A DNA stretch of 64,000 bases from an uncultured Nitrospiraceae bacterium (GTDB taxonomy: Bacteria; Nitrospirota; Nitrospiria; Nitrospirales; Nitrospiraceae): positions 1,280,001-1,344,000 of the forward strand of contig CAWJWJ010000002.1 of the NCBI GenBank assembly GCA_963846575.1. The letters run 5' to 3'. Below the pieces are notes generated by a model that saw only the letters and a list, made by a program, of their open reading frames with translations, was not told the DNA's origin and made no database searches. Positions 9,855 to 19,470 of this stretch are shown here, piece by piece (the first letter of the stretch is position 1; each line of letters begins with the position of its first letter). The position numbers and the translations under genes were made by a program.

Positions 9855-10531
9855 CAGGCCAGCAGCTTGTGGTTCTGGAACGTCATGGTCCGGACCATGA
9901 CCTCGCCGTTTTCGTAGGAAATGATGCGTCTGCTCGCCGGAAGATCAGAGTTGCCGACTCGCACATGGCTATCGGTAAAGCTCTCGCAATTGCGAAGTTT
10001 TCCATCCTGCGGGGCAAAATAGTACACCGTGTATTTTGTCGTCAGGTGTTTCTGGTCCTGGGTGGTGCTGCTTTCTTCCACGTTGATCGTAAACGCGACA
10101 TGCGGCATCTTGCGGTTGATCTGGGTGATGCGGTCGTTCTTGATCCGGTAGAACGACTGCATGCCGTCGCCATGCAGATCCAGCCGACGGCCTAATGGAT
10201 GGTCGGTGCCGGCCTCGAGCGTGAGGCGATGTTTGCCGTCCGATTCCTCGAACTTGCGTGGCGCCCGATGGACGGCAATCATGCCGATCTGTTCCTGCGC
10301 CCATTTCTGAATAGTTTCGTCCGGTAGCTGGACGGTCACCTCTCGCGGCCCTTTCACCACCACGGCTCCGCTGAGGACCTGTCCATTGGTATTGACCGTC
10401 AGGTCGGCGGAAAATCCACCAAAATCGGACTGCCACCTGGCGGTACTGTTAAAGGCCCGCTGGAGGAGCGCACGGGCTTGTGGATCGTCGGCAACGGCAG
10501 TGGCTGTATCGGTTGGCGTAGGGGCTTGCAT
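9854..10531 (-). CDS. DUF3386-like protein
   Basis: W..DFGGFSADL..IAVHR..ITQINR..LPASRRI pattern; coupled to the DUF5069 gene. Confidence 0.75.
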   Translation of the reverse strand: MQAPTPTDTATAVADDPQARALLQRAFNSTARWQSDFGGFSADLTVNTNGQVLSGAVVVKGPREVTVQLPDETIQKWAQEQIGMIAVHRAPRKFEESDGKHRLTLEAGTDHPLGRRLDLHGDGMQSFYRIKNDRITQINRKMPHVAFTINVEESSTTQDQKHLTTKYTVYYFAPQDGKLRNCESFTDSHVRVGNSDLPASRRIISYENGEVMVRTMTFQNHKLLA

Positions 10532-10787
10532 AGGGACTCCTTTTCATCGTGAAATCTTAGAATGACATACGGAGATTATAGAAGGCCCGGATGCCCGTCT
10601 ACAACCCGCAATGGAGACCGGAGGAATTTAGTAAACGCAAAGCAGTGGCCGGAATCCTGAGAAATTCACTCCGATAGCCCAGTTTGGGTAGTACTGGCTA
10701 GGCTGAATCTGTTACAATGCGCGGCATTTCATCCGGCAATCCGGCCTGTCAGTCGAGTGAGTCTGGGTATCCCTGGAAAGGAGCGCT

Positions 10788-11135
10788 ATGGAGCGGCGAG
10801 CGGCGTCTCATACGGAAGAAGAGGAAATGAATCAGCGGCGTCGGCTGCTTGGATTGGCCCGCAAGGGCGATCCCAAAGCCATCAGCAAGCTGTTCGAGTT
10901 GTACCAGGTGCGTGTGTTGAACGGTGACATGTTGAGTAAACTTAACAAGTCGTACTATAAGGCGGCGGCGGCCCAAGAACAGAAGGGACCCCAGGCCAGC
11001 GCCAAGGCGGTCAAACCTCAAAAGTCCGCCCATGGGAGTCCGAAAGGCAGTTCTAAACCCTCAACAATTGTTGCGGCACCGGGGACGAAGCCGAAAGGCG
11101 CGAAGGCGTCGGATCAGAAGAAACGAGCGAAATAA
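10788..11135 (+). CDS. Hypothetical basic protein with Lys/Ala/Pro-rich tail
   Basis: AAGGAG RBS; low-complexity basic C-terminus. Confidence 0.6.
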   Translation: MERRAASHTEEEEMNQRRRLLGLARKGDPKAISKLFELYQVRVLNGDMLSKLNKSYYKAAAAQEQKGPQASAKAVKPQKSAHGSPKGSSKPSTIVAAPGTKPKGAKASDQKKRAK

Positions 11136-11189
11136 ATGACCTCTGTCGAAACAATAGACACGGGTCGGGCCTCGTCTGCTGGGGGCCGC

Positions 11190-11483
11190 TTATTGGACCC
11201 CGACGCGTAGCCCTCCGCCTGCTAGCTTCTTTCCGATTTCCTCTGCCGCTTTTCGTTCTCCTGTATACACCGTGGCCTGGCCTTCATGATCGATGCGCCA
11301 GGCCAGCTCGAAGGCTCTGGATGAATTCATGCCCGGGATGCTCTTGCACAGCAGGGCGATCACCTGTTGATAGGTGTGGCAATCGCAGTTGAAGACGATG
11401 ACGCGGGCCTCCAGGTCGTCGCCCGTTCCCACGTCGGTCGTGTCGAGAGCCTCTGGGGTAAAAACAGGGGTAAGGGTGCTCAT
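11190..11483 (-). CDS. clpS: ClpS-family N-degron adaptor
   Basis: RVIVFNCDCHTYQQVIALL..AFELAWRIDHEGQATV..AEE fold pattern. Confidence 0.78.
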   Translation of the reverse strand: MSTLTPVFTPEALDTTDVGTGDDLEARVIVFNCDCHTYQQVIALLCKSIPGMNSSRAFELAWRIDHEGQATVYTGERKAAEEIGKKLAGGGLRVGVQ

Positions 11484-12208
11484 ACGGTCATCTCGTCGGG
11501 AGAAAAGTATAAAGGATGTTCACCGGAGATGTCGACATACTCATTGTGGAGTGTCACACCTTCTCGCTCCAGAGTGTGATTCAACAGTGTGAAATGCGAA
11601 CGGGAGTCAGTGACCGCTGACAGACTGTGAGTCTTGGCGAGACGAAGGGTATACACCTGCGCCGCGGCGGTCTTGAGTAGCGCCAATCCATATTCGAACT
11701 CATAGGCTTCCTCTATTCTGAGGACCGGTCTGGCTAGGGTCTGTAGGAGGGCTACGGTATAGGGACGGTCGCTGCGATCCGTTTCCAGGAGACGCAGCAA
11801 TGCCGCTGGGCCCGGTACGATATTTTGCCCAATGTGCATGGCGTGCGTCAGGTCGAAAAGTCCCCGTTGAAACCGGCGGTCGTTACGCAGGGCGGTATGA
11901 AAAAGTGTCCGCCAGTGACGGTTGCCAAGATCGCGGTCGACGTCGGCTATTGCCTGGGCGTCCAGAGCACCGCTCACGGGGTAGCCTTGCACCAGACGAC
12001 CGGATTCCACCAGGGTCGGGTGCTCGTCGCCCATGCGATCTTGATAGGCCATCGTGCCCATGAGGGGTGTGAGGCGAAGCGCCATGTAATCACGGAAATG
12101 AATCGAATGATAGCGAGACAGCAAGGCGTCCAAGGTTCGTGGGGCGCAGAGATGAAATGGATAAAACAAGGCACGGTGCAGGAGCGTGGGATTCATGGGC
12201 ATTGTCAT
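11480..12208 (-). CDS. Conserved hypothetical protein (start uncertain)
   Basis: Long ORF overlapping the clpS start by 4 nt. Confidence 0.65.
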   Translation of the reverse strand: MTMPMNPTLLHRALFYPFHLCAPRTLDALLSRYHSIHFRDYMALRLTPLMGTMAYQDRMGDEHPTLVESGRLVQGYPVSGALDAQAIADVDRDLGNRHWRTLFHTALRNDRRFQRGLFDLTHAMHIGQNIVPGPAALLRLLETDRSDRPYTVALLQTLARPVLRIEEAYEFEYGLALLKTAAAQVYTLRLAKTHSLSAVTDSRSHFTLLNHTLEREGVTLHNEYVDISGEHPLYFSPDEMTV

Positions 12209-12242
12209 CGTCTGGCGGAGTAGGGCCCCCGGAGGCGACAGC

Positions 12243-12443
12243 CTACCAGTTGTCCATATCGATGACTTCAGTCGCATCCCAGAGGTTCTTCAACTCGGCG
12301 TCAGCACTGGCCTTTTCGCGATCCGCGTCGGTATCTTCTCCAAACCTTTTTGTCTGAACCGTCTCCTCCTGGTTTTCCGAGGGGCCGGTCTGCTCGACTG
12401 GCTGTCGCCGGCGGCGTTTGCTGGGGTCCATGTTGACAGGCAT
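12243..12443 (-). CDS. Small acidic hypothetical protein (66 aa)
   Basis: Strong AAAGGAGG RBS before ATG 12443; MPVNMDPSKRRRR..LWDATEVIDMDNW. Confidence 0.6.
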   Translation of the reverse strand: MPVNMDPSKRRRRQPVEQTGPSENQEETVQTKRFGEDTDADREKASADAELKNLWDATEVIDMDNW

Positions 12444-12493
12444 GAGTCTTCCTCCTTTGACGCAATTAGTCTCCCCTCTACCGGGGCCGGAAG

Positions 12494-13669
12494 TCAATGT
12501 TCGGCTTGCTGTGCTGTCTGACGCTCCAGGCTTGCCAGCAGGGCGACCGCGACGCTGTCAGCATACCTCCGGCCTCTCGCGGTGAGCCGGACTTGCTCTC
12601 CGCTACGTGCCAGCAGGTCGTCCGCTACCAGCTCGTTCACTTTCCGAATGACTCCTGATAGCGCCATGGCATCAGTGCGCTCCAACGACACGCCGTCGAT
12701 CATGCGGAGTCCCAGGACCAGCCGTTCGCAACTATCGAGATCGGGCGCCAGTGGTTCGGACTCCTCCACTGGAAGCGCTCCGCTGGTGAGCGCCTGGGTG
12801 TAAGAGGCGAGATCGCTCACATTGCCGGCGCGCCGACCTCCGACGTAGGATTGCGCGCTCGGTCCCAAGCCGAGGTATTGACCGCCGGTCCAGTGGAGTC
12901 GGTTATGCCGGCAGGCATAACCGGGTCGGCTGTAGTTTGAGATTTCATATCTGCCGTAGCCTGACTCGTTCAGTATCTCCTCAGCCAGGTTGTCCATCGC
13001 GTTCTGAAGGTCTTCGTCAGGGGCGGGGACGGTTCCCCGTTCGATAGACATCCTGAGCGTAGTCCCTTCCTCGATGGTTAACGCGTAACAGGAGAGGTGC
13101 GTCGGGGCGAGGTCGATCGTCTGCCGGAGCGATGCAGCCCAACTCTTGAGTGTCTGGTCCGGGAGCCCATACATCAGGTCGAGATTGATGTTCGTAAACC
13201 CCGCCTTTCGCGCGGAGGCAACAGTGTCGACGGTGTTCAGGACCGAGCCGTGGCGTCCGACCCGCAGTAATTCTTCCTGGTCCATTGATTCCGCCCCGAA
13301 GCTGACCCTGTTGAAACCGGCGTCCCGTAATTGTGCCAGACCGTCGGCAGTCACCGAGTTCGGATGGGCCTCGACCGTCACCTCTGCATCGTGAGCCAGG
13401 CCGAAGGTGTGTTTGGCCGCCGACAAAAGGCTAATGAGTTGGTGAGGCGTCAGGGTCGTGGGCGTCCCGCCACCGAAGTACACAGAGTCCAGCGGTTCCG
13501 TTCCAAACCGGCCTGCGGCACCATAGGAACGTATCTCAGTAAGTAGCGATGATACGAAGGTAGCAGCCGCGCTGGCCTGGTGGATCTCCAGATAGAAGGC
13601 GCAGAAATGGCAGCGTCGGTGACAGAAGGGGATATGCAGGTACAGGCCCCGGCCGGCGGTCTGAATCAT
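12494..13669 (-). CDS. hemW: Radical SAM heme chaperone HemW
   Basis: LYLHIPFCHRRCHFCAF, YFGGGTP, YEISNY..CRHNRLHW..YLGLGPSA. Confidence 0.88.
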   Translation of the reverse strand: MIQTAGRGLYLHIPFCHRRCHFCAFYLEIHQASAAATFVSSLLTEIRSYGAAGRFGTEPLDSVYFGGGTPTTLTPHQLISLLSAAKHTFGLAHDAEVTVEAHPNSVTADGLAQLRDAGFNRVSFGAESMDQEELLRVGRHGSVLNTVDTVASARKAGFTNINLDLMYGLPDQTLKSWAASLRQTIDLAPTHLSCYALTIEEGTTLRMSIERGTVPAPDEDLQNAMDNLAEEILNESGYGRYEISNYSRPGYACRHNRLHWTGGQYLGLGPSAQSYVGGRRAGNVSDLASYTQALTSGALPVEESEPLAPDLDSCERLVLGLRMIDGVSLERTDAMALSGVIRKVNELVADDLLARSGEQVRLTARGRRYADSVAVALLASLERQTAQQAEH

Positions 13670-13675
13670 GATGGT

Positions 13676-13939
13676 TTATTCGTGCTTTGCGGTCGGTGAA
13701 AAGTCGCGGACCATGGCGACTTCAATTTCGTCCGCCGCGGAGATCCCGCGGTTTCGGACGTGAGCCTTCCACTCCGGATATTCCCGCAAGGTCTCGAACA
13801 GCTGTTTGATCAACACCGGCTTAATCTGCATTTCCCATTCGCGGAGCCACGCATGTTCGTCGTGAGATCCCTCATAGTCATCGGGAAACTGTGCTTCGAG
13901 GCTGATTCGAAACAAAAAAGATTTGTCTTCTGACCACAT
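13676..13939 (-). CDS. Conserved hypothetical protein
   Basis: GGAGG RBS before ATG 13939 (MWSEDKSFLFR..RNRG..DEIE). Confidence 0.7.
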   Translation of the reverse strand: MWSEDKSFLFRISLEAQFPDDYEGSHDEHAWLREWEMQIKPVLIKQLFETLREYPEWKAHVRNRGISAADEIEVAMVRDFSPTAKHE

Positions 13940-14020
13940 TGGTGGCCTCCCATGGGCTGATGATTGCGAAGTTGAACCGCGCTTACTTATAATATTGAAA
14001 ATTCCAAGGAGTATAGCCCC

Positions 14021-14248
14021 ATGCCCATCTTCGAGTACGTGTGCCACGAATGCAACCATCGTTTTGAACTGATCGTGCAGGGGAGTGCAGTCCCAGTCTG
14101 TCCGGCTTGTAAGGGAACGGTGCTGGATAAACAATTTTCCGCGTTCGGCGTCGGGGCGACCGGGGGCTGGCCTGTAACATCCGGGTCTAGCGGGGAGTGT
14201 GGTTCTTGCGGAGATCCGCGCGGGCCTGGTTCCTGTTCCACGAATTGA
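14021..14248 (+). CDS. FmdB-family zinc-ribbon regulatory protein
   Basis: MPIFEYVCHEC..FE..CPAC..CGSCGDPRGPGSC. Confidence 0.88.
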   Translation: MPIFEYVCHECNHRFELIVQGSAVPVCPACKGTVLDKQFSAFGVGATGGWPVTSGSSGECGSCGDPRGPGSCSTN

Positions 14249-14266
14249 TCCCAACAGAGGCGCATC

Positions 14267-14587
14267 ATGGACGATTCTGAAGCACAAACAAACCGTGCGA
14301 TCGGAACCCTCGCTCAGTCTGACCCGCTGATCAAACTCCTGCAGGAAGTCAGGCTTAAACGGATGAGGCCTAGCGACCCGGGGTTACGGGCTGTGACGGA
14401 GTCCTGGGTGGGTGTCTACACGCAGGTCTTAAAGTCACAAGCATTCCACCCTACCGTGTTGGCCAGACTGAATCCTCTTCCCCGGCTGGAGGTACTCGTC
14501 GAGGCAGAGGTGTTGTCGTGGGATCATCCCGGCACCAGAGATCTTCGCGAATTGTTCGAACGGCTGATCGGTTCTTCTCCTCCCTAG
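14267..14587 (+). CDS. Hypothetical protein
   Basis: 106-aa ORF in co-oriented run with RBS. Confidence 0.65.
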   Translation: MDDSEAQTNRAIGTLAQSDPLIKLLQEVRLKRMRPSDPGLRAVTESWVGVYTQVLKSQAFHPTVLARLNPLPRLEVLVEAEVLSWDHPGTRDLRELFERLIGSSPP

Positions 14588-14602
14588 CAGGACCTACGAG
14601 AC

Positions 14603-15301
14603 ATGCGGTTGCTGATTGCCTTGGGCCTTCTGGTGCATGCTTGTTCGGGGCCGGCCGGGGTTTCGGCAGACACGTCGTTCGGTGTTCGTCCCCTGCAAGC
14701 GAGTTATGAGTCCGCCCTGGCCGTTCTTCCCTCTCCCGCCAGAATTTTGCTCGACTCGGCCGCGATTGAACGATTCCTCGTGGAATTGGACGGGATGCCG
14801 CCTGATTGGTCCAGAGTCTACGGGCAGGGACACCAGGACCCCGGCCATGACGAGCGATTATTTGCGCTGAACCGCGAACGGGATGCCCTGCGGGAGGGAA
14901 ACGCCGCCCTGCAGTCCTTGCTCACGGTTTCCTGGATTGGCGAACTCTCCGAGTTTGACGAGCAAGCCGGTGGATTTCGTGTGGCAGTCGGACCGAAGTT
15001 CCATGAGACCGGTTGGGGGATAGTGCGATTCAAATATGAAGACCTGCCGGCTAGACTCGTGGCTCTTGCGGGCGAATCAACCATGCGTCTGCGGGCGCGG
15101 TTGCAGGATGGAGAGCAGGTAGCGGTCGATGTCCTCCTAACCGGTCGGCTTATCCAGGAAGAATCTCTGGTGTACGACTTTTCGCATGAGGAGGAAGGCC
15201 GGGGGCTCATCATGCCGGTGGTTCGCGTGGAAGCGGTGGAGTTTGTGCTGAACGACCCGGGGGGGGCGGCAGAAATGACTGCTCCCCGGCTCCCACTGTG
15301 A
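14603..15301 (+). CDS. Exported hypothetical protein
   Basis: Signal/lipobox-like N-terminus MRLLIALGLLVHAC. Confidence 0.65.
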   Translation: MRLLIALGLLVHACSGPAGVSADTSFGVRPLQASYESALAVLPSPARILLDSAAIERFLVELDGMPPDWSRVYGQGHQDPGHDERLFALNRERDALREGNAALQSLLTVSWIGELSEFDEQAGGFRVAVGPKFHETGWGIVRFKYEDLPARLVALAGESTMRLRARLQDGEQVAVDVLLTGRLIQEESLVYDFSHEEEGRGLIMPVVRVEAVEFVLNDPGGAAEMTAPRLPL

Positions 15302-15539
15302 CGCATGCGTATTACGGGGCCTGTCTCAGGTAGGGGTAGGCGTGATGCAGACAGGATTCGCAGACCGTCGAGGATCTTTGATCACGCTTGCCGCTGCGGA
15401 TAGCCTTACGAGCGTCGCCAACTGTTCCGTCACTTGTGTCTTGTTTGTACTTCACACAGTGAAGGTAAGGGCGGTGGAGATGCCGCATTCAGACAGGAGC
15501 GATGCATCAACCCTGGAGTCGAATCTGCTGAAATAGTTC

Positions 15540-16436
15540 TTAGTACGCATCCCTCGCGCAACGAAAGCCGGTGCCGGATGGCCGGCTATCCATCGTGCCC
15601 CAATCGCGGTCGGAGGTACGCAAGCTGATGGCCGGTTTCAGCCATGACCCGCCGCGCATGGCCTTGATGGCGCCGCGCTCCGGACCCTGCGGATTGTTGA
15701 GAGGAGCCTCGCGATAATAGTTAGGGTTGTACCAGTCCTGAACCCACTCGGCTACATTGCCGGCCATGTCCAGCGCCCCATATGGACTGGCGCCTGCCGG
15801 AAAGCTTCCGACCGGTAATGTCAGAATTTCACCCTTGAGCCCCTTTTCTCTAGAAATGGCGGCTCCGTCTCCCTTCATCCAAAAAGCCTCCCATTCCGTA
15901 CTGTCTTTGAACTGCACGGTCTGTTTTGCCCAGTAGCTGGCACTGTTACCCTTCTCGAAGTCCCATTCGCTGCCCCAGGGGTATTTTCGACCGTCGGTGC
16001 CACGCGCGGTTTTTTCCCATTCTGCTTCGGTCGGCAGCCGTTTCTCTGCCCAGTGACAGAATGCAACGGCATCGAGCCAGCTCACATTCACCACGGGATG
16101 TTGGTCGGTGCCTGGCAGCGGGGCGTCGTGTTCCCACAGAGTTGAAACCGGGTTGGCATTGGCGGGAGTCTGATAGCCGGTGGCCTTCACGAACCGGTAA
16201 TAAGCGGCATTGGTGACCTCGTACCGGTCGATCCAGAATGCGCTGAGGTAGATCAGACGGAGCGGATGCTCGTCGGGCAGCCCGTCACTGCCGGCCGACG
16301 TCCCCATCGTGAACTCGCCTGCTGGAATCAGTATCATGTCGTCATACTCGATAGCCCCGATTGCCACCCGCAGGTCCCATGTGGTCAGGCAAACGAGCGC
16401 AGTCAACAGCAGACGCATTGCACCCGCGCTGATCAT
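15540..16436 (-). CDS. Formylglycine-generating enzyme (FGE-sulfatase/SUMF1) domain protein, exported
   Basis: IPAGEFTMG, YEVTNA, HPVVNVSW, RLPTEAEWEK, DMAGNVAEW, RGGSW, GFRCA. Confidence 0.9.
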   Translation of the reverse strand: MISAGAMRLLLTALVCLTTWDLRVAIGAIEYDDMILIPAGEFTMGTSAGSDGLPDEHPLRLIYLSAFWIDRYEVTNAAYYRFVKATGYQTPANANPVSTLWEHDAPLPGTDQHPVVNVSWLDAVAFCHWAEKRLPTEAEWEKTARGTDGRKYPWGSEWDFEKGNSASYWAKQTVQFKDSTEWEAFWMKGDGAAISREKGLKGEILTLPVGSFPAGASPYGALDMAGNVAEWVQDWYNPNYYREAPLNNPQGPERGAIKAMRGGSWLKPAISLRTSDRDWGTMDSRPSGTGFRCARDAY

Positions 16437-17185
16437 GGCTTTTTCAGTCCGCAGGCTTTGGCCACGCTGTCACGGTATTTCATCCACAAAGTTAGTCCCT
16501 GCGTCACGGAATTGATGATTGCATTCTGCCGGCTGCGGGTCTCTGCGTAATTGACGACCATGGTATAGGCGTCCTGCCGGTGTCCCGACTCAACCTTTTG
16601 ATGCGCGCGGATAAGATCCATGTGCCGTCTGTCGATATCATGGTGACGGATCAGGGGATGGGCGTCGACGTAGGCCTCGATTTCCGAGTCGGTTTTTGGT
16701 TTGGATGGATCTTGAATTTCATGGCGGTCCTTGATGCTGCCCTCGACGAACACGGCCAGGACCGCCGCTCCCACGATCCAATCGCGGCTGGCCGTAATCT
16801 TTTCCAGCCAGTTGCGATACCGCGCGCTCGCGGGCAGGAGGGCGGCGGTTTGAAACGAATCGCTGTCGAAGCCCAGGCCCCGCATCATCTCATTGAACAG
16901 TTCGGGGTGGGACCGACCGAAGGACAGTCCGCCCGTGTCCTCTTCGTAAATATTCTCCGCCAACATCCGTCTGACATCGGACGGGGGGTTCTGTCCATGT
17001 ACGCGGGCGAGCAAGACGGGAAAGTCTCGAACATAGACCAGAAATTCCTGTTGAAAGTGAACCTTCAACTGGGACTTGCTGATGCCAGGCCCCATGATGA
17101 TCGGCCAGGCCCAGTGATGCTTGCGGTCCATGATGGCCAACAGACGCTCCAGAAATTGCGCGCGGGTCAGTCTCTTTTGTGCCAT
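16433..17185 (-). CDS. Heme-oxygenase-like diiron enzyme (PqqC/CADD/TenA superfamily)
   Basis: ENIYEE..SHPELF..FVEG..HQKVESGH metal-ligand spacing. Confidence 0.8.
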   Translation of the reverse strand: MAQKRLTRAQFLERLLAIMDRKHHWAWPIIMGPGISKSQLKVHFQQEFLVYVRDFPVLLARVHGQNPPSDVRRMLAENIYEEDTGGLSFGRSHPELFNEMMRGLGFDSDSFQTAALLPASARYRNWLEKITASRDWIVGAAVLAVFVEGSIKDRHEIQDPSKPKTDSEIEAYVDAHPLIRHHDIDRRHMDLIRAHQKVESGHRQDAYTMVVNYAETRSRQNAIINSVTQGLTLWMKYRDSVAKACGLKKP

Positions 17186-17232
17186 GCCTTGCCTTCCTTC
17201 TTTCTCACTGGCTACAATCAGCCACGGATCAC

Positions 17233-17517
17233 ATGAAACCCATTACCCTTCAGGACTCAGACCAGATTCTCAACTTCCTTGCCGAAGTGACATTGCGCGG
17301 CAGAGGATTCACGACCGACTGCCTATTGGACTATGTCCTGGACGAGGGATTTACCGAACCGATCTATCTCAATGCCTCGGGTGAAGACCCTGACGCCTTC
17401 TACAAGGAGCAGCCCCAGGCTTGGGCGATTTATCAGGTGCGTGAGTGGAAGCGAGTCTTGACCGTGTCCGGGGGACCGGGGAAGGACCGGCGCGTGCAGA
17501 TCACCGAGACCCCCTAG
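17233..17517 (+). CDS. Conserved hypothetical protein
   Basis: ORF from ATG 17233 (MKPITLQDSDQ..). Confidence 0.65.
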   Translation: MKPITLQDSDQILNFLAEVTLRGRGFTTDCLLDYVLDEGFTEPIYLNASGEDPDAFYKEQPQAWAIYQVREWKRVLTVSGGPGKDRRVQITETP

Positions 17518-17779
17518 CGGTTTGAGTACAGACCTTCGGTCCCACCGAGCAGCGGATGCCCTGACCCGGTAGTTTCTCGCTCATGAGTCTCTGTTCAATC
17601 TCGATGTGCCGGACGCCATCTGAAAGAATTCCCAAGGGCATCCGTTGTTTCTCAGCTCAGTGTATTAATCATCGCCTGGAATTGCAATGAATCGTGCGCT
17701 GTCCGTCGAAGGACAGGGCCGTTTCGAGAGACACCAGCCTATCAGGCCCGATGATCCGCGTACCGGGAGGTCGACAGTG

Positions 17780-18046
17780 ATGCAGCCACGTATGCGTGCG
17801 AATTCTGCGAGACTGGTGACCTTGTGCGAGCCGGGTGATGTCGGTGAACTGGCTCTCATCAAAAGCCTCCTGGACGGCAACGGCATCCCCTATGTCGTAC
17901 ATCATGAACACATGGGGGCTCTCTACCCGGGAGTGTCGATGTTGTGCAGCCGGGTGATGGTGGCGGAGGGCGAGAAGCAGCGGGCCGAAGTTCTGCTCAG
18001 CCGCCTCGCGCTTCAGATTCGTGAGGCGACAGAGGATCCGGAGTGA
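17780..18046 (+). CDS. DUF2007-like small protein
   Basis: ELALIKSLLDGNGIP..RVMV..RAEVLL pattern. Confidence 0.7.
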   Translation: MQPRMRANSARLVTLCEPGDVGELALIKSLLDGNGIPYVVHHEHMGALYPGVSMLCSRVMVAEGEKQRAEVLLSRLALQIREATEDPE

Positions 18047-18190
18047 GCCTCGGTCGACCCTGTCGGGCACACAGTCCCTCCTGAGGCCGAGAGACTCAGG
18101 CAAATGATCCATCCGGAAGCTCTTCAGGAAGCGGCTGTCGACGCACAGATCGCGCGCCGTCACGAACGTGAGCGGCATTCATAGGGCAGG

Positions 18191-18643
18191 CTAAGGATGT
18201 CCCTTTGGTTTGACCATCTCAGGGGCATTGGGGAGCGGCAGGCGTACGTCCGATCCAGAATAGTGTCCTCCGATCAGCTTCCCTTCTTCGAAGTAGAGAT
18301 AGCGGTGTTTGACCACTGCCGGGCTTTCCCAATCCTCAAAAATCCATTCCTCCCGTCGGAGGCCGTCACTGGTGTGCGTCACATTCATCGTATTGGGGCC
18401 ACCCCAGGCCTCCAGCACCTGTTTGCGGTCCATGCCCACCATCACCCGGTGGCTTTCGATGTGCTTGGAGAAGTCGGGGTCGAGCCAGCCGGGCAGGAAA
18501 CGAAACGCGATCAGGCTCAGGACGAATAGCCCCAGGAAAGCATAGATGATGATCCGGACCGGCCGTTGGCGGATGAACGGGGTGGGTTCCGCAGCCGGGG
18601 GGATGGGGGAAGCTGGAGTGGCAGAGGTTGTCTGATCAGTCAC
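18191..18643 (-). CDS. Membrane-anchored protein with BamE/SmpA-like domain
   Basis: TM helix then VGMDRKQVLEAWGGP..EEW..YLYFEEGKL. Confidence 0.65.
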   Translation of the reverse strand: MTDQTTSATPASPIPPAAEPTPFIRQRPVRIIIYAFLGLFVLSLIAFRFLPGWLDPDFSKHIESHRVMVGMDRKQVLEAWGGPNTMNVTHTSDGLRREEWIFEDWESPAVVKHRYLYFEEGKLIGGHYSGSDVRLPLPNAPEMVKPKGHP

Positions 18644-18813
18644 AAATATCCTTCCGTCATGAACCTGTCGAGATACGCGTGTACCGCTTTGCATGCTAAA
18701 CAATCGATTTTCGGTCCGTCAAGAGACTCCAGAGCCTTAAGGGCGGGCGCTTCCCGGGGCCTGGTCCCTACGGCGACCTGCTATGCTTAAGAGGACCGCT
18801 GGGAGGGCTGATT

Positions 18814-19464
18814 ATGGGGGGATCGTTCCGGGCTCTGTGGCGACGCGTCGTGTGGATGGTTGCAGGCTGCTGCCTGATGTGGCAGGCGGGAACTGCCATT
18901 GGAGCAGGAAATCTCTACGTCTACACCGATGCGCAGGGGCAAGCCGTGCTCACCGACGATTTGCAGCAAGTGCCGGCTGAATACCGGGGACGCCTGAGAG
19001 CGGTCACCAATGGGGAGCCCCCGAGCGCCGCAGCGATGACCTCTGCCGCGCAACCGCCGGCGAGCCGCCCACTGTCCACACCGGGCCCGTTGCAGGAGAT
19101 CATCCGCGCGGTGGCAGAGAATGTGAGCCCCATCCAAGGCCTGACTCCCCACCAGACAGCTGTTGTCATTCTTGCAGCCGGCTGCGGCATGGCGCTACTC
19201 TTGTTTATGTTTCTCAGCTCGAATCCGGCCGTCAGGCTCCTTGCCAAATGCCTATTGATTCTGGTCAGTCTCACAGCGGTCTATCAACTGGTTGTCGGGG
19301 GCTCATCTGTTCCAGGAACGGGCGCCGGCTCCGCTCCGCTAGCATCGGGACAGTCGAAAGACAATGTGATGGGTCAGGTGAGATCCAAGACTGAGCAGAG
19401 TTATCGCCTGCAGGACGAACGCACCACCCGCCAGCTCGATCAAGCCGGTCAATCAGCGCCGTAG
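18814..19464 (+). CDS. DUF4124-like membrane protein
   Basis: Signal peptide, LYVYTDAQGQAVLTD..VPAEYR, two TM helices. Confidence 0.7.
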   Translation: MGGSFRALWRRVVWMVAGCCLMWQAGTAIGAGNLYVYTDAQGQAVLTDDLQQVPAEYRGRLRAVTNGEPPSAAAMTSAAQPPASRPLSTPGPLQEIIRAVAENVSPIQGLTPHQTAVVILAAGCGMALLLFMFLSSNPAVRLLAKCLLILVSLTAVYQLVVGGSSVPGTGAGSAPLASGQSKDNVMGQVRSKTEQSYRLQDERTTRQLDQAGQSAP

Positions 19465-19470
19465 CGACGG

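Noticed and set aside
12243..13669. Radical SAM plus small peptide as a RiPP cluster
   Set aside because: Enzyme has HemW signatures and no RRE/SPASM domain; no transporter or protease adjacent
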